DNA from: Squalus acanthias
Taxonomy: Eukaryota
Reading direction: 5' to 3'
Length of the DNA: 64,000 nt
Assembly: GCA_030390025.1 (NCBI GenBank)
Contig: CM059432.1
Location: 9,486,001 to 9,550,000 of the forward strand
Of this stretch, positions 24,996 to 37,234 are shown in pieces. Each line of letters opens with the position of its first letter. The first letter of the stretch is position 1. A model generated the notes under the pieces. It did no database searches. It was given only the letters and a program-made list of their open reading frames with translations, and was not told the DNA's origin. A program made the position numbers and the translations under genes.

Positions 24996-26156
24996 CTAGA
25001 AGCGGCTTGCTATCAGCCGTTGACGGACGGCTCTTGCAGTTTCACCATTGTGGGCCGCCCTCCCGCCTTGGTGCTGCTGATGATCATCCTCCTCGTCCTC
25101 TTCCTCCTCTTCCTCCTCCTCCTCTGGTGGTGCTCCAAGGCCTGGTGGCATTGGCTGGGTCCTGACGATTGCCATGTTATGCAACATGCAGCACATAACT
25201 ACGAAGTTGGATACTCGCTCAGGCGAGTACTGCAGGGCTCCTCCAGAATGGTCGAGACAGCGGAACCGTTGCTTCAGCACGCTGATTGTGCGCTCAATGA
25301 TGTTCCTGGTAGCTTGATGGCTCTCGTTGTACCGCAGCTCAGCAGGGGTGTTGGGCGTACGGAGCGGTGTCATCAGCCAGGTGCTCAATGGATACCCCTT
25401 GTCCCCGAGAAGCCAACCAACTGGCTGATGCGGTGCCTCGAAAAGTTCTGCCACAGTAGTCTGGCGCAGGATGAAAGCAGCGTGGCAGCTGCCAGGATAG
25501 TGGGCATTGACAGCGAGTATCAGCTGTCTGTGGTCACAGACCAACTGAACATTCAAGGAATGGAACCCCTTTCTGTTCCGGAATTCCTCGGCATTCTCAT
25601 GTGGAGCACGCAAAGCCACATGCGTGCAGTCAATGGTGCCCTGCACCATGGGGAAGCCCGCTATCCTCGCAAAGCCCAGAGCGCGGTCACGCTGCTTGTC
25701 TAGGGTCATGGGGAAAGAGATGAACTCTCGTCTCCTTTTAAAGAGGGCATTTGTGACCTGCCGGATGCAGCAATGCACCGCGAACTGGGAGATATTGGCG
25801 AGGTCCCCAGCAGCAGCTTGAAATGAGCCAGTAGCATAGAAGTTGAGAGCCACTGTGACCTTCACTGCCACCGACAGAGACGTCCTGGACCTCAGTTGAG
25901 GCTGCAGATCTGGCTGCAGCAGGTGGCAGAGCTCAGTGACCACCTCCTTGCTGAATCGCAGACTTCGCAAACACAGCTCCTCAGACATATGAATGTAGGA
26001 GAGCTGTTCACGATATACCCTGGGAGGGTAAGCTCTCCTGTACATACGCCTATTGGCCCTCCTCCGTCTGGCCATCATTGCCACTCTCTCTCTGCATCTC
26101 TGTGTCCTCCGATTCAGCTGGAGCAGGACGACGCCCCCATTCAGTGCAGCCCCCAT
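24996..26156 (-). CDS. Harbinger DDE transposase (HARBI1-like), 386 aa from ATG at 26156, intronless, uninterrupted
   Basis: N-terminal HTH-type region (LRFSKE...ALNFYATGSFQ...ISQ), FPMVQGTIDCTHV (D), NRKGFHSLNVQLVCD, YPGSCH, LLGDKGYP (D), YNESHQATRNIIERTISVLKQRF (E), CCMLHN, then an acidic tail. Confidence 0.93.
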   Translation of the reverse strand: MGAALNGGVVLLQLNRRTQRCRERVAMMARRRRANRRMYRRAYPPRVYREQLSYIHMSEELCLRSLRFSKEVVTELCHLLQPDLQPQLRSRTSLSVAVKVTVALNFYATGSFQAAAGDLANISQFAVHCCIRQVTNALFKRRREFISFPMTLDKQRDRALGFARIAGFPMVQGTIDCTHVALRAPHENAEEFRNRKGFHSLNVQLVCDHRQLILAVNAHYPGSCHAAFILRQTTVAELFEAPHQPVGWLLGDKGYPLSTWLMTPLRTPNTPAELRYNESHQATRNIIERTISVLKQRFRCLDHSGGALQYSPERVSNFVVMCCMLHNMAIVRTQPMPPGLGAPPEEEEEEEEEDEEDDHQQHQGGRAAHNGETARAVRQRLIASRF

Positions 26157-26671
26157 AGTCTCTTTGCAAGCAAAGTTATGAAGGACAGCAACCAAAGTAC
26201 CAGCGAAGTTAGGATCAGTAGGCAAAACTACCTCACAAAGCGTTGACTCAATGCAGAAGTCTCTCTTTCTCTCTCTCTCCGAATCTCTCTCTCTCTCTCA
26301 GAACGAGTGGTGCAAAAATGTCAACCACAGAAAAAGACAGGAAGAGGCCCCCTTTAAATAGCGCCCCCCCCCCAGCCCCACAGCGATTGATAGCGTTCCA
26401 GTCTTCCGGTCGTTGGATGCGCCAGGCGGTAAGGCAGGGGGCGCCACTCAATTTCCGCTCCGGGGCGCCACAAGGGCGTTGCACCATGGAATGACGTCAC
26501 AATCTGCGCGCGCAGGTGGTCGCGGCGGTAAAGTTTAGCGCCGCCGCACAATGTCTAGTTAAGTTCCCGAGCGGCGCAAACATCGCTGCGCCCGGGCGCT
26601 AGCGGCTTTGCGCCCCATTAGCGCCCTCTTAAGGCGCTAACGGGAGGCGCAACCAACTGAATTTTTCCCCC

Positions 26672-27040
26672 ATAGAGTTATACAGCACAGAAAGAGGCCC
26701 TTCGGCCCATCAGGTCCACGCCGGCCATCAAGCCCTGTCTATTCTAATCCCATTTTCCAGCACTTGGTCCGTAGCCTTGTATGCTATGGCATTTCAGGTG
26801 CTCATCTAAATGCTTCTTGAATGTTGTGAGGGTTCCTGCCTCTACCACCCTTTCAGGCAGTGAGTTCCAGATTCCAACCACCCTCTGGCTGAAAAAGTTT
26901 TTCCTCAAATCCCCTCTAAACCTCCTGCCCCTTACCTTGAAACTAGGCCTCCTGGTGATTGACCCCTCTACTAAGGTGAAAAGTTCCTTTCTATCTACTC
27001 TATCTATGCCTCTCATAATTTTGTACACCTCAATCAGGTC
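26672..27040 (-). mobile_element. CR1 LINE 3' end whose tail is the Harbinger target
   Basis: DLIEVYKIMRG...WNSLPERVVEA. The tail continues at 22551-22559 on the far side of the transposon. Confidence 0.88.
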
Positions 27041-27556
27041 CTGTTCCCGCCAGAGACCCACCGACCGCCATTTTAACTCGGGAGCTGACTCTGGTGGAAA
27101 GCAGACCGGCTGGGAAGCAGCAGGTCCCTCATTACTAAATACAATGCAGGCTATCTCTGTAACCGCTTTCAGCCCTACAACCTTCCGAGATCTCTGCGCT
27201 CCTCCAATTCTGGCCTCTTGCGGATCCCCGGATTTTCATCGCTCCACCACAGGCGGCCGTATCTTCAGCTGCCTCGGCCCTAAGCTCAGGAATTCCCTCA
27301 ACAGCCTGCATGTCAGCCGTGGCTGAGTGGGTAGCCCTCTCATCTCCTGAGTCAGACGGTCGTGGGTTCAAAGGTCCCACTCCAGAGACTTGAGCACAAA
27401 AATCCTGGCTGACACTGGCCAATATTTATTGCTCAACCAACATAACAGAAACAAATTATCTGGACATTGTCACAAATCCTACATTGCAAAAGTGACTGCT
27501 CTTCAAAAGTACTTTGTCAGCTGTGAAGTGATTTGGGACGTCCTGAGGTTGTGAAA

Positions 27557-28028
27557 CAAAGAAAGACTTGCATTTCTATAGCGCCTTTAACGACCACCGG
27601 ACATCTCAAAGCACTTTACAGCCAATGAAGTACTTTTGAAGTGTAGTCACTGTTGTAACGTGGGAAACGCAGCAGCCAAATTGCGCACAGCAAGCTCCCA
27701 CAAACAGCAATGTGATAATGACCAGAGAATCTGTTTTTTTGTTATGTTGGTTGAGTGATAAATATTGGCCCCAGGGCACCGGGGAGAACTCCCCTGCTCT
27801 TCTTTGAAATAGTGCCGTGGGATCTTTTACGTCCACCTGAGAGAGCGGACCGGGCCTCGGTTTAACGTCTCATCCGAAAGACGGCACCTCTGACAGTGCG
27901 GCACTCCCTCAGCACTGCACTGGGAGGGTCAGCCTAGCTTTATGTGCTCAAGTTTCTGGAGTGGGACTCGAACCCACAACCTTCTGACTCAGAGGCGAGG
28001 GTGCTACCCACTGAGCCACAGCTGACAC
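27557..28028 (-). mobile_element. SacSINE1-like SINE, full length, nested in the tail of an opposite-strand copy (27311-27556 plus 28029-28060)
   Basis: Reverse complement of the 3239 family. The host tail GTGAAA|GGCGCTATATAAATGCAAG is split around it. Confidence 0.85.
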
Positions 28029-28515
28029 AAGGCGCTATATAAATGCAAGTCTTTCTTTCTGTTTGTATCGCAGCTTTAACGTAGTAACACATCCCAAGGC
28101 ACCTCACAGGAGCATTACGAAACCAAATTTCACACCAAGCCGCATAAGGAGATATTAGGACAGGTGACCAAATTTCCCCCCGAATGTGGGCAGGTTTCCC
28201 GTTAGCTCAGCGAATCGGCCGGGCAACCCACCGGTCAAAGTAACCCCGCAGGTTAAAATAACCCTGGCCTCACACGCTCTGCAGTGGATGAGTGTCACAC
28301 TCACTCTGTCACCCACTCGGCCAAAGCCCAGTCAGAGTTCAAACGCGGGGCCCATGTGTTGGAATCTCCTGATCGGTATTCTGGAAGATCAGCAGATCGA
28401 GACTGCAACGAAACATTTTCATTTCTTTCAACAGTGGGACCCAGCTTTAAAGGCAGCCCACAGAGATCAGATGGCAATATTCCCTTTTCCTTTGACTGTT
28501 ACACGCTACAAGCGT

Positions 28516-28893
28516 TGTCAGCTGTGGCTCAGTTGGTAAGCACGCTCGCCTCTGATGTCAGAAGGTTGGGTGTTCAAGTCCCATTCCAGACCCTTGAGCA
28601 CAAAAATCTATCCTGGCACTCCAGCGCATTAGTGAGCGAGTGGTTGGAGGTGCTGTGTTTTGGATGAGGTGTTAAACCCAGGCTGTGACTGGCAAACATA
28701 AAAGATCCCACGGCACTATTTCGAAGAAGAGCAGGGGAGTTCTCCCCGGTGTCCTGGGGCCAATATTTATCCCTCAACCAACATCACTAAAAGCAGATTA
28801 TCTGGTCATTATCTCATTGCTGTTTGTTGGAGCTTGCTGTGCGCAAATTGGCTGCCACGTTTCCTACATTACAACAGTGACTACACTTCAAAA
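28516..28893 (+). mobile_element. SacSINE1-like SINE, 3' truncated
   Basis: Similar to 3239-3690. Confidence 0.8.
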
Positions 28894-28940
28894 AATACTT
28901 AAGTAAAATACTGTGGATGCTGGAAATCTGAAATAAAAAC

Positions 28941-31900
28941 AGAGGGTGATCGGAGCGGGCGATCGGAACGGGCGATTAGAGCGGGCGATCGGAGCGGGCG
29001 ATCGGAGCGGGCGATCGGAGCGGGCGATCGGAGAGGGCGATCGGAGAGGGCGATCGGAGCGGGCGATCGGAACGGGCGATCGGAGCGGGCGATCGGAGCG
29101 GGCGATCGGAAAGGGCGATCGGAACGGGCGATCGGAGCGGGCGATCGGAGCGGGCGATCGGAGAGGGAGATCGGAGAGGGTGATCGGAGTGGGAGATCGG
29201 AGAGGGAGATCGTAGAGGGAGATCCGAGAGGGCGATCCGAGAGGGCCATCCGAGAGGGCGATCCGAGCGGGAGATCGGAGCGGGAGATCGGAGCGGGCGA
29301 TCGGAGAGGGCGATCGGAGCGGGAGATCGGAGAGGGAGATCGTAGAGGGTGATCGGAGTGGGTGATCGGAGAGGGCGATCGGAGAGGGAGATCGGAGAGA
29401 GAGGGAGATCGGAGAGGGAGATCGGAGAGGGAGATCGGAGAGGGCGATCGGAGCGGGCGATCGGAGCGGGCGATCGGAGAGGGCGATCGGAGCGGGCGAT
29501 CGGAGAGGGCGATCGGAGCGGGCGATCGGAGCGGGCGATCGGAGCGGGCGATCGGAGCGGGCGATCGGAGCGGGCGATCGGAGCGGGCGATCGGAGAGGG
29601 AGATCGGAGCGGGCGATCGGAGAGGGAGATCGGAGAGGGCGATCGGAGAGGGCGTTCGGAGCGGGCGATCGGAGCGGGCGATCGGAGCGGGCGTTCGGAG
29701 CGGGCGATCGGAGCGGGAGATCGGAGCGGGCGATCGGAGCGGGCGATCGGAGCGGGCGATCGGAGCGGGCGATCGGAGATGGAGATCGGAGATGGAGATC
29801 GGAGCGGGCGATCGGAGATGGAGATCGGAGCGGGCGATCGGAGAGGGCGATCGGAGATGGAGATCGGAGCGGGTGATCGGAGCGGGCGTTCGGAGAGGGC
29901 GATCGGAGCGGGCGATCGGAGCGGGCGATCGGAGCGGGCGATCGGAGCGGGCGATCGGAGCGGGCGATCGGAGCGGGCGATCGGAGCGGGAGATCGGAGA
30001 GGGAGATCGGAGTGGGCGATCGGAGAGGGCGATCGGAGCGGGCGTTCGGAGCGGGAGATCGGAGCGGGAGATCGGAGCGGGCGATCGGAGCGGGCGATCG
30101 GAGCGGGCGATCGGAGCGGGCGATCGGAGCGGGCGATCGGAGCGGGCGATCGGAGAGGGCGATCGGAGCGGGCGATCGGAGAGGGCGATCGGAGCGGGCG
30201 ATCGGAGAGGGCGATCGGAGCGGGCGATCGGAGCGGGCGATCGAAGCGGGCGATCGAAGCGGGCGATCGGAGAGGGAGATCGGAGCGGGCGATCGGAGCG
30301 GGCGATCGGAGAGGGAGATCGGAGCGGGCGATCGGAGAGGGAGATCGGAGAGGGCGATCGGAGAGGGAGATCGGAGAGGGCGATCGGAGCGGGCGATCGG
30401 AGCGGGCGATCGGAGCGGGCGATCGGAGCGGGCGATCGGAGCGGGAGATCGGAGCGGGCGATCGGAGCGGGCGATCGGAGAGGGCGATCGGAGAGGGCGT
30501 TCGGAGCGGGCGATCGGAGCGGGCGATCGGAGCGGGCGTTCGGAGCGGGCGATCGGAGAGGGAGATCGGAGCGGGTGATCGGAGCGGGCGATCGGAGCGG
30601 GCGATCGGAGCGGGCGATCGGAGCGGGCGATCGGAGCGGGCGATCGGAGATGGAGATCGGAGATGGAGATCGGAGCGGGCGATCGGAGATGGAGATCGGA
30701 GCGGGCGATCGGAGCGGGCGTTCGGAGAGGGCGATCGGAGCGGGCGATCGGAGCGGGCGATCGGAGCGGGCGTTCGGAGCGGGCGATCGGAGCGGGCGAT
30801 CGGAGCGGGAGATCGGAGCGGGCGATCGGAGCGGGCGATCGGAGCGGGAGATCGGAGAGGGAGATCGGAGTGGGCGATCGGAGAGGGCGATCGGAGCGGG
30901 CGTTCGGAGCGGGAGATCGGAGCGGGAGATCGGAGCGGGCGATCGGAGCGGGCGATCGGAGAGGGCGATCGGAGCGGGCGATCGGAGCGGGCGATCGGAG
31001 CGGGCGATCGGAGCGGGCGATCGGAGCGGGCGATCGGAGAGGGCGATCGGAGCGGGAGATCGGAGAGGGCGATCGGAGAGGGCGATCGGAGCGGGCGATC
31101 GAAGCGGGCGATCGAAGCGGGCGATCGAAGCGGGCGATCGGAGAGGGAGATCGGAGCGGGCGATCGGAGCGGGCGATCGGAGAGGGAGATCGGAGCGGGC
31201 GATCGGAGAGGGAGATCGGAGAGGGCGATCGGAGAGGGAGATCAGAGAGGGCGATCGAAGCGGGCGATCGGAGCGGGCGATCGGAGCGGGCGATCGGAGC
31301 GTGCGATCGGAGAGGGAGAAAGGAGCGGGCGATCGGAGCGGGCGATCGGAGCGGGCGATCGGAGAGGGCGATCGGAGTGGGCGTTCGGGGCGGGCGATCG
31401 GGGCGGGCGATCGGAGCGGGCGTTCGGAGCGGGCGATCGGAGAGGGAGATCGGAGCGGGTGATCGGAGCGGGCGATCGGAGCGGGCGATCGGAGCGGGCG
31501 ATCGGAGCGGGCGATCGGAGATGGAGATCGGAGATGGAGATCGGAGCGGGCGATCGGAGATGGAGATCGGAGCGGGCGATCGGAGAGGGCGATCGGAGAT
31601 GGAGATCGGAGATGGAGATCGGAGCGGGTGATCGGAGCGGGCGTTCGGAGAGGGCGATCGGAGCGGGTGATTGGAGCGGGCGATCGGAGCGGGCGTTCGG
31701 AGCGGGCGATCGGAGAGGGAGATCGGAGCGGGTGATCGGAGCGGGTGATCGGAGCGGGCGATCGGAGCGGGCGATCGGAGCGGGCGATCGGAGCGGGCGA
31801 TCGGAGCGGGCGATCGGAGCGGGTGATCGGAGATGGAGATCGGAGATGGAGATCGGAGCGGGTTATCGGAGAGGGCGATCGGAGATGGAGATCGGAGATG

Positions 31901-34900
31901 GAGATCGGAGTGGGCGATCGGAGAGGGCGATCGGAGCGGGTGATCAGAGAGCGCGATCGGAGCGGGTGATCGGAGAGCGCCATCGGAGCGGGCGATCGAA
32001 CAGGTGATCAGAGATGGAAATCGGAGATGGAGATCGGAGTGGGCGATCGGAGATGGAGATCGGAGCGGGCGATCGGAGAGGGCGATCGGAGATGGAGATC
32101 GGAGATGGAGATCGGAGCGGGTTATCGGAGCGGGTGATCGGAGAGGGCGATCGGAGCGGGCGATCGGAGATGGAGATCGGAGCGGGCGATCGGAGCGGGT
32201 TATCGGAGCGGGCGATCGGAGAGGGCGATCGGAGTGGGTGATCAGAGATGGAGATCGGAGATGGAGATCGGAGTGGGCGATCGGAGCGGGTGATCAGAGT
32301 GGGTGATCGGGGAGGGCGCTCGGAGCGGGTTATCGGAGCGGGTGATCAGAGTGGGTGATCGGAGAGGGCGATCGGAGCGGGCGATCGAACAGGTGATCAG
32401 AGATGGAGATCGGAGAGGGCGATCGGAGTGGGTTATCGGAGCGGGCGATCGGAGCGGGTGATCGGAGAGGGCGATCGAACAGGTGATCAGAGATGGAGAT
32501 CGGAGAGGGCGATCGGAGCGGGTTATCGGAGCGGGCGATCGGAGCGGGTTATCGGAGCGGGTGATCGGAGCGGGTGATCGGAGAGGGTGATCGGAGCGGG
32601 TGATCGGAGCGGGTGATCGGAGAGGGTGATCGGAGCGGGCGATCGGAGCGGGCGATCGGAGAGGGTGATCGGAGCGGGCGATCGGAGAGGGCGATCGGAG
32701 AGGGCGATCGGAGCGGGCGTTCGGAGCGGGCGATCGGAGCGGGCGATCGGAGCGGGCGATCGGAGCGGGTGATCGGAGTGGGCGCTCGGAGTGGGCGATC
32801 GGAGCGGGCGATCGAACAGGTGATCAGAACGGGTGATCAGAGTGGGTGATCGGAGCGGGTGATCGGAGCGGGTGATCGGAGAGGGTGATCGGAGCGGGCG
32901 ATCGGAGCGGGCGATCGGAGAGGGTGATCGGAGCGGGTGATCGGAGAGGGCGATCGGAGAGGGCGATCGGAGAGGGCGATCGGAGCGGGCGATCGGAGCG
33001 GGTGATCGGAGTGGGTGATCGGAGAGGGCGTTCGGAGCGGGCGATCGGAGAGGGAGATCGGAGAGGGCGTTCGGAGTGGGCGATCGGAGAGGGCGATCGG
33101 AGCGGGCGATCGGAGCGTGCGATCGGAGAGGGCGATCGGAGCGGGTTATCGGAGCGGGCGATCGGAGCGGGCGATCAGAGCGGGTGATCGGAGATGGAGA
33201 TCGGAGAGGGCGATCGGAGCGGGTGATCGGAGCGGGCGATCAGAGCGGGCGATCGGAGAGGGCGATCGGAGCGGGTGATCGGAGAGGGCGATCAGAGCGG
33301 GCGTTCGGAGAGGGCGATCGGAGCGGGTGATCGGAGCAGGCGATCGGAGCGGGCATTCGGAGCAGGCGATCGGAGCGGGCGATCGGAGCGGGCGATCGGA
33401 GCGGGCGATCGGAGCGGGCGATCGGAGCGGGCGATCAGAGCGGGCGTTCGGAGAGGGCGATCGGAGCGGGTGATCGGAGCGGGTGATCGGAGAGGGCGAT
33501 CGGAGCGGGCGATCGGAGCGGGCGATCGGAGCGGGCGATCGAACAGGTGATCAGAGATGGAGATCGGAGAGGGCGATCGGAGCGGGTTAACGGAGCGGGC
33601 GATCGGAGCGGGTGATCGGAGAGGGCGATCGAACAGGTGATCAGAGATGGAGATCGGAGAGGGCGATCGGAGCGGGTTATCGGAGCGGGCGATCGGAGCG
33701 GGTTATCGGAGCGGGCGTTCGGAGCGGGCGATCGGAGCGGGCGATCGGAGCGGGCGTTCGGAGCGGGCGATCGGAGCGGGCGATCGCAGAGGGCGATCGG
33801 AGAGGGCGATCGGAGTGGGCGATCGGAGAGGGAGATCGGAGAGGGAGATCGGAGAGGGTGATCGGAGTGGGAGATCGTAGAGGGAGATCGGAGAGGGTGA
33901 TCGGAGTGGGTGATCGGAGAGGGCGATCGGAGAGGGAGATCGGAGCGGGAGATCGGAGCGGGTGATCGGAGCGGGTGATCGGAGAGGGAGATCGGAGCAG
34001 GCGATCGGAGTGGGAGATCGGAGCGGGTGATCGGAGAGGGAGATCGCAGCGGGCGATCGGAGCGGGTGATCGGAGAGGGAGATCGGAGCGGGTGATCGGA
34101 GCGGGTGATCGGAGAGGGAGATCGGAGCAGGCGATCGGAGCGGGCGATCGGAGCGGGCGATCGGAGAGGGCGATCGGAGAGGGCGATCGGAGCGGGTTAT
34201 CGGAGCGGGTGATCGGAGCGGGCGATCGGAGCGGGTGATCGGAGAGGGAGATCGGAGCAGGCGATCGGAGCGGGCGATCGGAGCGGGCGATCGGAGCGGG
34301 CGATCGGAGAGGGCGATCGGAGCGGGTTATCGGAGCGGGCGATCGGAGCGGGCGATCGGAGCGGGCGATCGGAGCGGGCGATCGGAGAGGGCGATCGGAG
34401 CGGGCGATCGGAGAGGGAGATCGGAGCGGGCGATCGGAGAGGGCGATCGGAGCGGGCGATCGGAGAGGGCGATCGGAGCGGGCGATCGGAGCGGGAGATC
34501 GGAGAGGGAGATCGGAGTGGGCGATCGGAGCGGGCGATCGGAGCGGGCGTTCGGAGCGGGAGATCGGAGCGGGAGATCGGAGCGGGCAATCGGAGCGGGC
34601 GATCGGAGATGGAGATCGGAGCGGGCGATCGGAGCGGGCGATCGGAGCGGGCGATCGGAGCGGGCGATCGGAGAGGGCGATCGGAGCGGGCGATCGGAGC
34701 GGGCGATCAGAGCGGGCGTTCGGAGCGGGAGATCGGAGAGGGCGATCGGAGCGGGCGATCGGAGATGGAGATCGGAGCGGGCGATCGGAGCGGGCGATCG
34801 GAGCGGGCGATCGAAGCGGGTGATCAGAGAGGGAGATCGGAGAGGGCGATCGGAGCGGGCGATCGGAGCGGGCGATCGAAGCGGGTGATCGGAGAGGGAG

Positions 34901-36999
34901 ATCGGAGCGGGCGATCGGAGCGGGCGATCGGAGAGGGCGATCGGAGCGGGCGATCGAAGCGGGCGATCGGAGCGGGCGATCGAAGCGGGCGATCGGAGAG
35001 GGAGATCGGAGCGGGCGATCGGAGCGGGCGATCGGAGAGGGAGATCGGAGCGGGCGATCGGAGAGGGAGATCGGAGAGGGCGATCGGAGAGGGAGATCAG
35101 AGAGGGCGATCGAAGCGGGCGATCGGAGCGGGTGATCGGAGCGGGTGATCGGAGCGGGTGATCAGAGAGGGAGATCGGAGCGGGCGATCGGAGCGGGTGA
35201 TCGGAGCGGGCGATCGGAGAGGGCGATCGGAGTGGGCGTTCGGAGCGGGTGATCGGAGCGGGCGATCAGAGCGGGCGTTCGGAGCGGGCGATCGGAGAGG
35301 GATATCAGAGCGGGTGATCGGAGCGGGTGATCGGAGCGGGTGATCGGAGCGGGCGATCGGAGCGGGTGATCGGAGCGGGTGATCGGAGCGGGCGATCGGA
35401 GATGGAGATCGGAGATGGAGATCGGAGCGGGCGATCGGAGATGGAGATCGGAGCGGGCGATCGGAGAGGGCGATCGGAGATGGAGATCGGAGATGGAGAT
35501 CGGAGCGGGTGATTGGAGCGGGCGTTCGGAGAGGGCGATCGGAGCGGGCGATCGGAGCGGGTGATCGGAGCGGGCGATCGGAGCGGACGTTCGGAGCTGG
35601 CGATCGGAGAGGGAGATCAGAGCGGGTGATCGGAGCGGGTGATCGGAGCGGGCGATTGGAGCGGGTGATCGGAGAGGGCGATCGGAGCGGGCGATCCGAG
35701 AGGGCGATCGGAGAGGGCGATCGGAGAGGGCCATCGGAGAGCGCGATCGGAGCGGGTTATCGGAGAGGGCGATCGGAGAGGGTGATCGGAGAGGGCGATC
35801 GGAGCGGGCAATCGGAGAGGGCGATCGGAGCGGGTGATCGGAGCGGGCGATCGGAGCGGGTGATCGGAGAGGGCGATCGGAGCGGGTGATCGGAGCGGGC
35901 GATCGGAGCGGGTGATCGGAGAGCGCGATCGGAGCGGGCGATCGAACAGGTGATCAGAGATGGAGATCGGAGATGGAGATCGGAGCGGGTGATCGGAGCG
36001 GGCGATCGGAGCGGGCGATCGGAGCGGGCGATTGGAGCGGGTGATCGGAGAGGGCGATCGGAGCGGGCGATCGGAGAGGGCGATCGGAGAGGGCGATCGG
36101 AGCGGGCGATCGGAGAGGGCGATCGGAGCGGGCGATCGGAGCGGGCGATCGGAGCGGGCGATCGGAGAGGGCGATCGGAGCAGGCGATCGGAGCGGGCGA
36201 TCGGAGCGGGCGATCGGAGCGGGCGATCGGAGCGGGTGATCGGAGAGGGCGTTCAAAGCGGGCGATCGGAGAGGGAGATCGGAGTGGGCGTTCGGAGCGG
36301 GCGATCGGAGAGGGCGATCGGAGCGGGCGATCAGAGAGGGCGATCGGAGAGGGCGATCGGAGAGGGCGATCGGAGAGGGCGATCGGAGCGGGTTATCGGA
36401 GAGGGCGATCGGAGAGGGTGATCGGAGAGGGCGATCGGAGAGGGTGATCGGAGAGGGCGATCGGAGCGGGCGATTGGAGAGGGCGATCGGAGCGGGTGAT
36501 CGGAGCCGGCGATCAGAGCGGGTGATCGGAGAGGGCGATCGGAGCGGGTGATCGGAGCGGGCGATCGGAGCGGGTGATCGGAGAGCGCGATCAGAGCGGG
36601 CGATCGAACAGGTGATCAGAGATGGAGATCAGAGATGGAGATCGGAGCGGGTTATCGGAGCGGGCGATCGGAGCGGGCGATCGGAGCGGGCGATCGGAGA
36701 GGGCGATCGGAGCGGGCGATCGGAGCGGGCGATCGGAGCGGGCGTTCGGAGCGGGCGATCGGAGCGGGCGATCGGAGCGGGCGTTCGCAGCGGGCGATCG
36801 GAGCGGGCGATCGGAGAGGGCGATCGGAGAGGGCGATCGGAGCGGGCGATCGGAACGGGCGATCGGAGCGGGCGATCGGAGCGGGCGATCGGAGCGGGCG
36901 TTCGGAGAGGGCGATCGGAGTGGGCGATCGGAGTGGGCGATCGGAGCGGGCGATCGGAGCGGGCGTTCGGAGCGGGCGATCAGAGCGGGCGATCAGAGC
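28941..36999. repeat. 13-bp CpG-rich tandem satellite (GATCGGAGCGGGC)n, about 620 units
   Basis: Directly visible. The 13-aa periodic translations correspond to three units. Confidence 0.98.
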
Positions 37000-37234
37000 A
37001 CTGTCGACTAATAACAGAAACATCCATGCGAATCAGGCCCCGCGCCCCCCGCAGCCTCCCGCCCTCACCCGCTCCCGAGCCCACCACAACCTGGTGGATC
37101 CTGGTCGGGAGAAATTTAAAGTAAGGCAGCAACTACCCCATGTGATTCCACTGCTTTCCCGCCGTGTCCCAATATTAATCTGCTCTTTTGAGCAGGCAAG
37201 CAGGACACCTGCAGGAAGGCAGAGGGGTCCAAAA

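Larger units (their letters stand above)
22560..26671 (-). mobile_element. Full-length PIF/Harbinger DNA transposon, 4112 bp
   Basis: TIRs GGGGGAAAAATT (22560) and AATTTTTCCCCC (ends 26671); 3-bp TSD ATA (22557-22559 and 26672-26674). Encodes a transposase and a Myb/SANT protein in convergent orientation. Confidence 0.95.

Noticed and set aside
24891..25703. 270-aa plus-strand ORF with a hydrophobic stretch
   Set aside because: It is the antisense shadow of the transposase; the Leu run mirrors the acidic GAG repeats.
24996..26225. Domesticated HARBI1/NAIF1 host genes
   Set aside because: Flanking TIRs, a TSD, a partner Myb gene with a stop and a related MITE indicate a transposon copy. The ORF-track start at 26225 is non-ATG; the ATG at 26156 is preferred.
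28941..36999. CRISPR-like or telomeric array
   Set aside because: There are no unique spacers, no cas genes and no TTAGGG units, and the context is a eukaryotic intron.
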